Positions 7,139-14,964 are shown, counted from the first letter of the stretch. The stretch: DNA of 14,964 nucleotides from Candidatus Woesearchaeota archaeon (GCA_018303685.1 JAGVXS010000039.1:1-14964), one strand, 5' to 3'. The notes: a model not told the origin generated them from the letters alone. A program made the numbers and translations.

Positions 7139-8656
7139 TTACAATGGCATGTTTCCGTGTTTTTTTGCCGGCTTTTTTTCTCTTTTAGAAAGCAGCATTT
7201 CAAGGCACTTGACCATGGCAATCCTTGTGTTTTTTGGCTCAATTATCATATCAATTTTTCCGAGGCTTGCTGCACTATAGGGGTTAAGGTATTTTTCCGA
7301 GTACTGCCTTGATAGCTCAGATTTCAGCTTCGGGTTTTTGCTTAGCTCATCCTTGTTTATTATACTGACTGCCTGCTCAGCGCCCATGACTGCAATCTCG
7401 GCCATTGGCCACGCTATAACCTTGTCAAAGCCCATCCCCTTTGAGACAAGTGCGATGTAAGCCCCCCCATACGCTTTTCTAAGCACAAGCGATATTTTTG
7501 GCACAGTCGCCTCGGAATAGGCGTAAAGCACCTTTGCGCCGTGCCTTATTATGCCATTATGCTCCTGCTCTGTGCCGGGCAAATAACCAGTGACATCAAC
7601 AAGATTTATGAGCGGTATGTTGAAGCAGTCGCAAAATCTCACAAATCTTGAAATCTTGTCAGAGGAGTTAATGTCAAGGCAGCCCGCCAGCACCTTCGGC
7701 TGGTTGGCTACAACTCCAACAACATAGCCGTTAAGCCTTGCAAACCCGATAACCGCATTTTGCGCGTAATTCGCCCCAACCTCAAAAAAGGATTTTTTGT
7801 CAAAAATCTCTATGATGACATCTTTTATATCATAAGTCTTTTTTGGGTCTTCCGGAACAATGCCCTGAAGCCTTTTTGTTTCTCTTGCCGGAATGTCTGT
7901 GGAATGATAAGGGGGGCTCTCAAGATTATTCTGGGGGAGATAGCTCAGCAAAATCTTTATCATGTCCAAGCATTGCTTTTCATTTTCTGCCATGAAATGC
8001 GCTACGCCGCTTTTCTCATTTTGGACTGATGCGCCCCCCAGCCCCTCAAAGTCAATTGCCTCGCCAGTGACTGTTTTTATTACATCAGGACCTGTAATGA
8101 ACATGTAGCTTGTTTTATTCACCATAAAAACAAAGTCAGTCAAAGCAGGGCTGTAAACGGCAATACCTGCGCAAGGGCCAAGTATTGCAGATATCTGCGG
8201 TACAATGCCTGAAGACAAAGTGTTAAGCTGAAATATCCTGCCGCCGCCTTCCAGGGCGGAAATTCCTTCCTGTATCCTTGCCCCTCCTGAGTCAAACAAG
8301 CCGATGCACGGGCATCCTGTTTTCAATGCCAGCTCCATCACATGGGCTATTTTTTCGTTGTGAGTATTGCCCATCGAGCCGCCCATAAAGGAGAAGTCCT
8401 GTGCGTAGACATAAACAGGCTTTTTGCTTATTGTGCCATAGCCGGCTACAACACCATCACCATACCTTCTTTTTGCCTCAAGCTCCTTGCTTTGCAGCTC
8501 TGCAAAAGCATCAAGCTCTGCAAAAGAGCCTGTATCAAGAAGGTGCTTAAGGCGCTCTCTTGCAGTAAGCTTGCCTTTTTTGTGCTGCACTTCGGCAGCG
8601 TGCTTGTCATCAAGCGCTTTGCTCCTTTCAAGAAACTCCCTAACCTTCTCCCCCAT
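7139..8656 (-). CDS. Acyl-CoA carboxylase carboxyltransferase (PccB/MmdA family)
   Basis: 505 aa; FDSGGARIQEG, ISAILGPCAGIAVYSPALTDFVFMV, FITGPDVIKTVTGE, DVTGYLPGTEQEHNGIIRHGAK, RKAYGGAYIALVSKGMG, AWPMAEIAVMGAEQAVSII. Confidence 0.95.
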   Translation of the reverse strand: MGEKVREFLERSKALDDKHAAEVQHKKGKLTARERLKHLLDTGSFAELDAFAELQSKELEAKRRYGDGVVAGYGTISKKPVYVYAQDFSFMGGSMGNTHNEKIAHVMELALKTGCPCIGLFDSGGARIQEGISALEGGGRIFQLNTLSSGIVPQISAILGPCAGIAVYSPALTDFVFMVNKTSYMFITGPDVIKTVTGEAIDFEGLGGASVQNEKSGVAHFMAENEKQCLDMIKILLSYLPQNNLESPPYHSTDIPARETKRLQGIVPEDPKKTYDIKDVIIEIFDKKSFFEVGANYAQNAVIGFARLNGYVVGVVANQPKVLAGCLDINSSDKISRFVRFCDCFNIPLINLVDVTGYLPGTEQEHNGIIRHGAKVLYAYSEATVPKISLVLRKAYGGAYIALVSKGMGFDKVIAWPMAEIAVMGAEQAVSIINKDELSKNPKLKSELSRQYSEKYLNPYSAASLGKIDMIIEPKNTRIAMVKCLEMLLSKREKKPAKKHGNMPL

Positions 8657-8670
8657 AAGCCAGGCTTATG
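8654..8670. promoter_or_regulatory. 17-nt interrupted perfect palindrome overlapping the carboxyltransferase start codon
   Basis: cataagcc-a-ggcttatg on the + strand (8-nt arms, 1-nt spacer); its reverse-strand end is the ATG of the carboxyltransferase gene. Confidence 0.5.
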
Positions 8671-8677
8671 AATGAGT

Positions 8678-8689
8678 GTTTAAAAAGGT
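8678..8689 (-). promoter_or_regulatory. Putative TATA box for the carboxyltransferase-BCCP operon
   Basis: Reverse strand ACCTTTTTAAAC, centred about 27 nt upstream of the ATG at 8656. Confidence 0.5.
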
Positions 8690-8720
8690 TTTGAAATGTT
8701 TTAATGAGGAAAAAATCACC

Positions 8721-9452
8721 CTAAAAAAGCTTGAATCCCCTGCTTTCAGCTGCGGCTATTATGCCGCTGTCAACAATCTTAAACAAAACTTCCTTCTCAC
8801 CGCCAATGCTCCTGTGCTTCCTCAGGATGGCCCTCCTGTTGTTGTTTGGGGTGGTTTGCAGTTCTATGAGGCACTTGCTGCCGTATTTGAGAATGTCGCC
8901 GCCGACAATGTTAACCTTGTCCCTGTCGTCAAAGTCCGTATAAACCTGGTTTGTGATGAGCACCGGAATCTGCTTTTTCCTTGCTATCTCAGTAAGCCAG
9001 GAAATCTGCTTTCCGAGCTCAAGGTTTACTTCATGGATATCATCGTTTTTGCCCAGCTCAAGGCGGTAAAGCATTGCTATGGTGTCAACGACTATCAGCC
9101 CAATCCTGTCATTGACTATGTCCCTGAGCTTCTCAAAAGACTTCTTTTGCTCCGAAAAGCTTGTCGGCCTCAAAAATATTATGTTGTCAAGTATTTTTTT
9201 GTAGTCTTGGCTTATGCTTGAGCATATCTGCCTGAATCTCTCGAGAGAAAAGCCGCCCTCGCTGTCAACATAAACAACTTTTTTCCCGTTTCTGGCCACA
9301 TCAACCGAGCAGAGCAGGCAAAGAATTGTCTTGCCCGAGCCGGCAGGCCCGTAGATTGTAGTTATAACATCTTTTTCATAGCCGCCATCAAGCATTGTGT
9401 CAAGCAGCTTGCTGCCTGTTGATATATTATTGTTCAATTCCACATCTTCCAT
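8721..9452 (-). CDS. radB: DNA repair and recombination protein RadB
   Basis: 243 aa RecA-fold; STGSKLLDTMLDGGYEKDVITTIYGPAGSGKTILCLLCSVDVARNGKKVVYVDSEGGFSLERF; Walker A GPAGSGKT; Walker B-like IGLIVVDTI; short form lacking an N-terminal HhH domain. Confidence 0.9.
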   Translation of the reverse strand: MEDVELNNNISTGSKLLDTMLDGGYEKDVITTIYGPAGSGKTILCLLCSVDVARNGKKVVYVDSEGGFSLERFRQICSSISQDYKKILDNIIFLRPTSFSEQKKSFEKLRDIVNDRIGLIVVDTIAMLYRLELGKNDDIHEVNLELGKQISWLTEIARKKQIPVLITNQVYTDFDDRDKVNIVGGDILKYGSKCLIELQTTPNNNRRAILRKHRSIGGEKEVLFKIVDSGIIAAAESRGFKLF

Positions 9453-9471
9453 AGCTTATGGCATTCCCTCC

Positions 9472-9485
9472 AATTTTATAAAATT
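9472..9485 (-). promoter_or_regulatory. Putative TATA box of radB
   Basis: AATTTTATAAAATT centred about 26 nt upstream of the ATG at 9452. Confidence 0.5.
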
Positions 9486-9512
9486 TGTTGTTTTGGCTGT
9501 TAATCTAGGAAA

Positions 9513-9524
9513 CCTTAAATATAC
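9513..9524 (+). promoter_or_regulatory. Putative TATA box for the 9549 membrane protein
   Basis: CCTTAAATATAC about 30 nt upstream of the ATG at 9549. Confidence 0.4.
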
Positions 9525-9548
9525 ATTAAAAAAACAATTACAACCAAT

Positions 9549-10001
9549 ATGAACAAGCATTTATCTCCGGGAGCAGCGTGGGCACTTTATCTTCTTATCA
9601 TTATCTACGTAATAATTGCCAAGTACAACAATATGACACTATTCAAGATGGATATTTACTATGCAGTCCTGCTGGCTGTATTGCCGCTATGCGCTGCATA
9701 CACATACTATGCTGACAGGCACAAAAGACAGGGGCTTTCCATAAGCTCTTTCGCATTTGGCCTGTTATTCTGGATTCCACTGCTTAACCTGATTTTTGGG
9801 CTGCTGGCAGTATACCTTGGAATAAAATCCCTGATTGGCATCAAAAAAAAGCCATCCAAATATGGGGGAAAATGGCTTGCGGTTATAGGCATCATATTAG
9901 GCTCCATAGTATACATAACATACCTCACAGGCATAGGAATGTGCCTATACGGCTATAAGGAAGTCTGCAGGAACATAGGACTGGATTTTCTGGCTCGATA
10001 A
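9549..10001 (+). CDS. Multi-TM membrane protein with DUF4190-like C-terminal half
   Basis: 150 aa; four or more hydrophobic segments; SSFAFGLLFWIPLLNLIFGLLAVYLGIKSLIGIKKKPSKYGGKWLAVIGIILGSIVYI resembles DUF4190. Confidence 0.7.
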   Translation: MNKHLSPGAAWALYLLIIIYVIIAKYNNMTLFKMDIYYAVLLAVLPLCAAYTYYADRHKRQGLSISSFAFGLLFWIPLLNLIFGLLAVYLGIKSLIGIKKKPSKYGGKWLAVIGIILGSIVYITYLTGIGMCLYGYKEVCRNIGLDFLAR

Positions 10002-10010
10002 TTTTAATAG

Positions 10011-10022
10011 AAATATTTAAAA
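10011..10022 (+). promoter_or_regulatory. Putative TATA box for the glycosyltransferase operon
   Basis: AAATATTTAAAA between the 9549 gene and the GT gene. Predicted start site near 10036-10045, leaving roughly 25-35 nt before the ATG at 10071. Confidence 0.4.
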
Positions 10023-10070
10023 GTACTAATCTTTTATGTCTTATGTTATACAAGGTATTTCAATAACACA

Positions 10071-11315
10071 ATGGAAGACGTCATAATGCTCGGGTCAGGC
10101 ATACTTTTCGGTATTTTGTTTTTGTTCCTCACATTCATTTTTCTTATATTTACAATTTCCTGGTTTTTCAAGGGAAACAGAAGCGGCTTTGAGCCGAAAG
10201 TAACTATTGTAATACCAGCCTATAACGAAGAGAATAACATCACCGAATGCATAGATTCCATCTTCAGCTCCAGCTATAAGAAAAACAAGATGGAGGTCAT
10301 CGTGGTTGATGACGGCTCAAAAGACAATACATTAACCGTGCTCAGAAAATATAAAGAGGTTAAAATACTGAGGCAGAACCATCTTGGAAAGGTAGAAGCG
10401 CTGAATAAAGGAGTTTTGAGATCTTCCAATGAATTTATTGTGACTATTGATGCAGACACAGTGCTTGACAAAAACTGCATAAGGGAGCTTGTCAGCCCTT
10501 TTCATGACGGGAATATAGGCGCAACTACAGGCAACAACAATGTCAAGAACAACAAGTCCATTATCAGCGCATTCCAGAACATTGAATACCATTTCAGCAA
10601 CTTAATAAGAAACAGCTTTTCCAAAGTTTTCAGCAACGGCATATGGTTCAGCGGCTCTTTGGCATGCTACAGGAAAAAATCACTGGAAAAAATCGGCTAT
10701 TTCAAAAAAGACACACTTGCAGAGGACCAGGATATTGCACTGGAGATGAAAAAAGCAGGCTGCAAAACATTAAATACGCCAAAAGCGATAGGATACACGC
10801 TTGTGCCGACAAAAGTCAGCGACCTGTACAGGCAGAGGGCAAGGTGGTGGATAGGCACTTTGCAGGCTATAGTAAAAAATAAGTCGCTTTTCTCGAGGAA
10901 GTCAAGCCCGTCAATACTGTTCCTTTACATAAACCAGTTTTGGTGGTCCTTTTACGCGTTTCTGTCCTTGCCACTGATAGTGTACCAGATAAACTACTGG
11001 CTGCCATACAATTCACAGGGCATGTTCAGCATGCTCGGCTATTTTTTCAAGTGGCTGAGCCTCATGGGGCCAATATATGTGCTATACAAAATTCCCGATT
11101 TTGGAGTGTCATTGTACAGCATCTTCGGCGTTTTGTCAGGCATTATGACAACGATATTAAGCATAGCTGCGTTAAAAATGTTCAATGACAGGGTTAGCCT
11201 GAAAAACGTGCTTGCAATATTTTTTTACTTTCCATATACAATAGTTTTAAATATAATAATCTTAGTCAGCCTGTTAAGGAACAGGTTTTGGGAAGAAAGC
11301 TATTATATCAAGTGA
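10071..11315 (+). CDS. Membrane-bound family 2 glycosyltransferase (processive type)
   Basis: 414 aa; VTIVIPAYNEENNI, VIVVDDGSKDNT, TIDADTVLD, AEDQDIALEMKKAG, LYRQRARWW, followed by TM segments. Confidence 0.9.
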   Translation: MEDVIMLGSGILFGILFLFLTFIFLIFTISWFFKGNRSGFEPKVTIVIPAYNEENNITECIDSIFSSSYKKNKMEVIVVDDGSKDNTLTVLRKYKEVKILRQNHLGKVEALNKGVLRSSNEFIVTIDADTVLDKNCIRELVSPFHDGNIGATTGNNNVKNNKSIISAFQNIEYHFSNLIRNSFSKVFSNGIWFSGSLACYRKKSLEKIGYFKKDTLAEDQDIALEMKKAGCKTLNTPKAIGYTLVPTKVSDLYRQRARWWIGTLQAIVKNKSLFSRKSSPSILFLYINQFWWSFYAFLSLPLIVYQINYWLPYNSQGMFSMLGYFFKWLSLMGPIYVLYKIPDFGVSLYSIFGVLSGIMTTILSIAALKMFNDRVSLKNVLAIFFYFPYTIVLNIIILVSLLRNRFWEESYYIK

Positions 11316-11321
11316 GCCAAA

Positions 11322-12671
11322 ATGCTAAAAGAAATTTTACAGCAATTCATCCAGAATTACATAGCATTAGTAACAGAATTCTTTTCATGGTATAATGCTG
11401 CAGGGAGGAGAATACTCGACTTTTTGCACAATATGTTTAATGGCGCATTCAACGCTTTGCTTTTAGTAGCTGTTTTGATGTCAGTGCTTTACCTGATAAT
11501 GTCTTTTTACATACTCTTCAAGAAGCGCGAGCAGAAGCAGGAAGAGCCAGTTGATGATGAAAACCTGCCTTTGGTTACGGTGCAGATTCCGACCTTTAAC
11601 GAGCTCGTTGCTATAAGGTGCGCGAAAAGCTGCCTTGGCTTTGATTACCCTAAAGACAGGTACGAGATTCTCATAGGGGACGACAGCAACAGGCCTGAAA
11701 TTTCAAGGAAGCTGAAGGAATTTGCTAAGCAGCACAGCTTGGTGAAAGTGATAAAAAGGCAGAGCAATATCGGGTACAAGCCTGGCAACCTGAACAACAT
11801 GCTAAAATACTCAAAAGGGGAAATTATTGTGATTTTTGACTCTGACTTTGCGCCGCAGCCCGATTTCCTGAAAAGGATAGTCAAGCCTTTCATGAAAGAC
11901 AAAAAGATTGCAGGAGTGCAGGCAAGATGGAAGCTCATCAATTACAACCAAAACCTTGTGTCTGTGCTGGGCTCTACAATAGTGTCAACATGCCATCATA
12001 TTACAATACCCTTTATGTACCAAAGGAGGGGGATAACCTTCCTTTGCGGCTCTGCCGAAGCAGTAAGGAAAAGCGTGCTTGCAGAGATTGGCTGCTGGGA
12101 AAGCGGCAACCTGACTGAAGACATAGAGTTCTCACTCAGGCTGCTTGAGAGGGGCTACAAGATAGAGTATCTGGACGACTTGGAGTGCGACAGCGAAGTT
12201 CCATACACGCTCAAGGATCTTTACAAACAGCAAATGAGATGGGCGTATGGGGTTATCTACTCCTGGAAAAAGCACTTTATAGCAATAGCAAAGAGCAGAC
12301 ACCTTCGCTTGATGGACAAGATGTACATGGGGATTATATTCTGCAGCGGGTATATGCTCTCAGTCCTTCTTGCAGGGCTCTTTATAACAGGCACTCTCAG
12401 CTTTATGACGCATGCTCCTGCGCCTATAGAATGGGGAAGGTTTTTTTACGAGATGGCAAGAAACATCATATTAACCAGCGGCTTGATTGTGTCAAGCATA
12501 GTTGCGCTTGCAAAGGCCAACAAGTCAAGGCTGACGCTTCCTATGATAGCATCATCATTCAGCTACGGAATTGTAGTGACCTATTATGTAAATGTAGGCA
12601 TTTTCAAGGCATTGTCAAAAACACCAATGGAATGGTACATGCTTAACAAGCAGGGCAATAAGATTGACTGA
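11322..12671 (+). CDS. Membrane-bound family 2 glycosyltransferase, cellulose/hyaluronan-synthase-like
   Basis: 449 aa; N-terminal TM, VTVQIPTFNE, EILIGDDSN, FDSDFAPQPDFL, LTEDIEFSLRLLERG, LYKQQMRWAYG, C-terminal TM helices; 6 nt downstream of the previous GT. Confidence 0.92.
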   Translation: MLKEILQQFIQNYIALVTEFFSWYNAAGRRILDFLHNMFNGAFNALLLVAVLMSVLYLIMSFYILFKKREQKQEEPVDDENLPLVTVQIPTFNELVAIRCAKSCLGFDYPKDRYEILIGDDSNRPEISRKLKEFAKQHSLVKVIKRQSNIGYKPGNLNNMLKYSKGEIIVIFDSDFAPQPDFLKRIVKPFMKDKKIAGVQARWKLINYNQNLVSVLGSTIVSTCHHITIPFMYQRRGITFLCGSAEAVRKSVLAEIGCWESGNLTEDIEFSLRLLERGYKIEYLDDLECDSEVPYTLKDLYKQQMRWAYGVIYSWKKHFIAIAKSRHLRLMDKMYMGIIFCSGYMLSVLLAGLFITGTLSFMTHAPAPIEWGRFFYEMARNIILTSGLIVSSIVALAKANKSRLTLPMIASSFSYGIVVTYYVNVGIFKALSKTPMEWYMLNKQGNKID

Positions 12672-12715
12672 TTCTTTAGAAAGTATTATTTATTCTTGCG
12701 TATTTTTTTAATAAA

Positions 12716-14107
12716 ATGAGGCTGAGGGACAATATTGGAATAAGCATAATAATACTGGCATTTATTTGTGCAAATGCAATTTTTCTTGTTTTCTATAAAG
12801 ACGTTTGGTGGGATTCTTCAGTTTACATTGGCATGGGAAAATACATCTATTCCTTAGGCCATTCAGGATTGTGGGAAGATTACAGGATGCCATTGTTTCC
12901 TTTGATTCTTGGCTTTGGATGGCTTTTGGACACGGATATTGTGCTTTATTCAAGGATAGTTTCTTTGATATTTGCGTGCCTTGTGTTATTCATGACATAT
13001 AAACTGGGAAAAGAGTCATTCTCTGAGAAGACAGGGCTTTTAGCATCCTTCTTTCTTGCTTTTTCATACACATTCCTCTTTTTCAGCGGCAATATACTGA
13101 CAGAAATTCCCTCTGCTTTTTTTGTGATGGTGTCTTTTTACCTTTTTTTCAAACAGAGATATTTCCTTTCCGGAGTATTCGCGGGAATATCAATGATGTT
13201 CAGGATTTTCCATTCATTTGTTTTTATAGGGATTTTTGCAACATTTGTTTTATGCGGATATAATAAAAAAGGATTTGCCAGCAAAATTTTTAATTATATT
13301 GCTGGATTGTTATGCCTAATTTTGCCTTACCTGGTTTTCAATTTTTTCATGTATGGTGACGTGCTGCGACCTTTAAAAATCCAGACGTTCTTCGTGCATA
13401 CAACTGCATGGAACCTTTATCGTGGATGGCTGTTTTATCCTATCGGGCTTGCAAAGGAAAATTTCCTTTTAGCCGCATTGCTTATTGCCCCATTGCTAAT
13501 CTATAAAAACAAGAAATTGACGGGCCACAGGATCTTTGCATTATTTGCATCTGTTATTTTCTACATCTTATTTTATTCATTTGCAAGACACAAGGAAATG
13601 AGGTTTATGATAGTTGCATTGCCAATTCTTTACATTCTTTTGTCAATTTTACTATTCGAAATTTATAAAAAAATGAAATTTAAGGAAATTGCGGTAGCGA
13701 TTTTTATAATAATGGCGCTTGCATGGATTTTTATGACATTCTCTAAAATATCATCAGCAATCTCATACCAACAGCAAAGAAATAACGAGGCATTGCTTTT
13801 TTTCCAGTCCAAGATAAATGAGAAAAACGGAACAATATGGATTACAAATCCCATATATGCATTGCATTCTAACAAGAAAATTGACGGGTTACTATATTAT
13901 TATTCATCAAAAAACCTGGTTGAATTTGCTGCCGGAAATGTTTTTGATATCGCTTTCACGAATGATTGCGACATAATGTGTGCACCAAAAGAGCACGATC
14001 CTTATTGTGAAATAAGCCATATAAAATTATATGAAAAACTTGGCAATTATAAAAAAATATATTCGAATAAAGTAAATTCATGCAATTATGAAATATTCAC
14101 TTCTTGA
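12716..14107 (+). CDS. Polyprenyl-phosphate-sugar dependent multi-TM glycosyltransferase (ArnT/PMT-like)
   Basis: 463 aa; multiple TM helices; early acidic loop YKDVWWDSSVYIGMGKYIYSLG, MPLFPLILGFGWLLDTD, ILTEIPSAFFVMVSFYLFFK, MMFRI. Confidence 0.8.
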   Translation: MRLRDNIGISIIILAFICANAIFLVFYKDVWWDSSVYIGMGKYIYSLGHSGLWEDYRMPLFPLILGFGWLLDTDIVLYSRIVSLIFACLVLFMTYKLGKESFSEKTGLLASFFLAFSYTFLFFSGNILTEIPSAFFVMVSFYLFFKQRYFLSGVFAGISMMFRIFHSFVFIGIFATFVLCGYNKKGFASKIFNYIAGLLCLILPYLVFNFFMYGDVLRPLKIQTFFVHTTAWNLYRGWLFYPIGLAKENFLLAALLIAPLLIYKNKKLTGHRIFALFASVIFYILFYSFARHKEMRFMIVALPILYILLSILLFEIYKKMKFKEIAVAIFIIMALAWIFMTFSKISSAISYQQQRNNEALLFFQSKINEKNGTIWITNPIYALHSNKKIDGLLYYYSSKNLVEFAAGNVFDIAFTNDCDIMCAPKEHDPYCEISHIKLYEKLGNYKKIYSNKVNSCNYEIFTS

Positions 14108-14567
14108 CATTGATGAAATCCCCCAATGTAAATCCATTAATTCTTCTGCCTTTGGATGTTTCATGACTTTCCTCATACTCCTCAACCAGCCTGACCCCAA
14201 GGAATCTTTCCAGTTTTTTTGCCAAGGATAATGGAGGGGCTAAAGCGCCTGTCTCAATCTTATGGACGGTTGCCTCCTTTTCACTGATTTTACGGGCAAA
14301 ATCTTTCTGCGTAAATCCCATTGACTCCCTCTTTTTCCTGATTACCTCGGCATAGTTTTCCACCAACAGCTCCATTTTCTCCTCTTTCTGCCGAGCTTGG
14401 CTCTTCATCCGCATTACTTGGGATTTTGCATCAAGCCTTTTCGGCTGCTGGACAACTTTGCCGAATCTTGCGCAGTCATTGCAGACGTCAAGCTGCACGC
14501 CCTCTATACCAACTTTTGCCAGACTTTCTGCCCTCTTGCCGCACAAGTCGCAATTGATTTTAATCAC
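14097..14567 (-). CDS. Archaeal multiprotein bridging factor 1 homologue (Zn ribbon + Xre-type HTH)
   Basis: 156 aa; CDLCGKRAESLAKVGIEGVQLDVCNDCARFG Zn ribbon; IRKKRESMGFTQKDFARKISEKEATVHKIETGALAPPLSLAKKLERFLGVRLVEE HTH; GTG start at 14567. Confidence 0.9.
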   Translation of the reverse strand: MIKINCDLCGKRAESLAKVGIEGVQLDVCNDCARFGKVVQQPKRLDAKSQVMRMKSQARQKEEKMELLVENYAEVIRKKRESMGFTQKDFARKISEKEATVHKIETGALAPPLSLAKKLERFLGVRLVEEYEESHETSKGRRINGFTLGDFINVKK

Positions 14568-14964
14568 CCATGACTGTTACAATTATTTTTCTGCCATGCC
14601 TTGGCCCGTCAAGCTCTGCAAACATCGCGCTTTGCCACCTGCCCAAGTCCAGTTTGCCGTCTTTTATTGGTATTGTCTCTGACGGCCCTAAAATTGCGGA
14701 TTTTATATGGCTGTCGGCATTGCCGTCAATCCTGTCATGGCGCCAGACTCCTGATGGGACTAATTTGTCCAAAGCATCCAGCAAATCAAGGCAGATGTTC
14801 GGGTCATAGTTCTCGTTTATAATGATTGCGGCTGTCGCATGCGCTGCAAAAACATTGCATATGCCGTTTTCCACCTTTGATTTTTTTATTATTGTGTTTA
14901 TTCTTGGCGTTATGTCTATCAATTCCTGCTTTTTTGATGTGGATAAAATGATTTCATCCCGCAT
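14560..14964 (-). CDS. YjbQ/UPF0047 family protein
   Basis: 134 aa; GICNVFAAHATAAIIINENYD, PSGVWRHDRIDGNADSHIKSAILGPSETIPIKDGKLDLGRWQSAMFAELDGPRHGRKIIVTVMGD; start codon at the right window edge, so a longer N-terminus is possible. Confidence 0.92.
   Translation of the reverse strand: MRDEIILSTSKKQELIDITPRINTIIKKSKVENGICNVFAAHATAAIIINENYDPNICLDLLDALDKLVPSGVWRHDRIDGNADSHIKSAILGPSETIPIKDGKLDLGRWQSAMFAELDGPRHGRKIIVTVMGD

Noticed and set aside
6747-8656. Na+-pumping methylmalonyl-CoA or glutaconyl-CoA decarboxylase
   Set aside because: MmdA-like carboxyltransferase and BCCP alone would fit, but no membrane beta subunit is seen and a biotin carboxylase is present, favouring an ATP-dependent carboxylase.
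8676-9221. Plus-strand 181-aa ORF
   Set aside because: Antisense shadow of radB, which has clear RecA-family motifs on the minus strand.
9472-9485. AATTTTATAAAATT perfect palindrome as an operator
   Set aside because: It coincides with the probable TATA box of radB and pure A/T palindromes are expected by chance in such regions.
11645-12646. ORFs 11645-11941(-), 11927-12118(+) and 12185-12646(+)
   Set aside because: Alternative-frame readings within the second GT2 gene; no plausible protein features.
1-14964. CRISPR array, transposon or phage defence island
   Set aside because: No regularly spaced repeats, transposase, integrase, nuclease or defence-type domains were recognised; nearly all sequence is covered by metabolic or housekeeping genes.

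Overview
The window looks archaeal. Supporting features are RadB, an MBF1-type Zn-ribbon/HTH protein, an SCP2-type thiolase beside a Zn-ribbon/OB-fold protein, and TATA-like boxes about 26-31 nt upstream of several start codons, which suggests leaderless transcripts. A DPANN-like lineage is possible but not proven. The left two-thirds (1-8656) holds a compact acyl-CoA metabolism locus. One minus-strand operon encodes a FabZ-like dehydratase, an SCP2-type thiolase and a Zn-ribbon/OB-fold protein fused to a DUF362-like domain; this last gene is open at the left edge and missing from the ORF track. Beside it is what appears to be a full biotin-dependent acyl-CoA carboxylase set: biotin carboxylase with an unexplained ~137-aa N-terminal extension, biotin protein ligase, a small membrane protein, BioY, BCCP and carboxyltransferase beta. 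The right third has radB, a small DUF4190-like membrane protein, two tandem processive GT2 glycosyltransferases, an ArnT/PMT-like multi-TM glycosyltransferase, and an mbf1-yjbQ pair. The best candidate for something under-described is the archaeal carboxylase + thiolase + FabZ + OB/DUF362 grouping (a possible acyl-chain or polyketide-like elongation module), together with the unusual fusions and start-codon palindromes in its two carboxylase operons. I saw no CRISPR array, rRNA or convincing mobile element, and I did not recognise a tRNA by eye.
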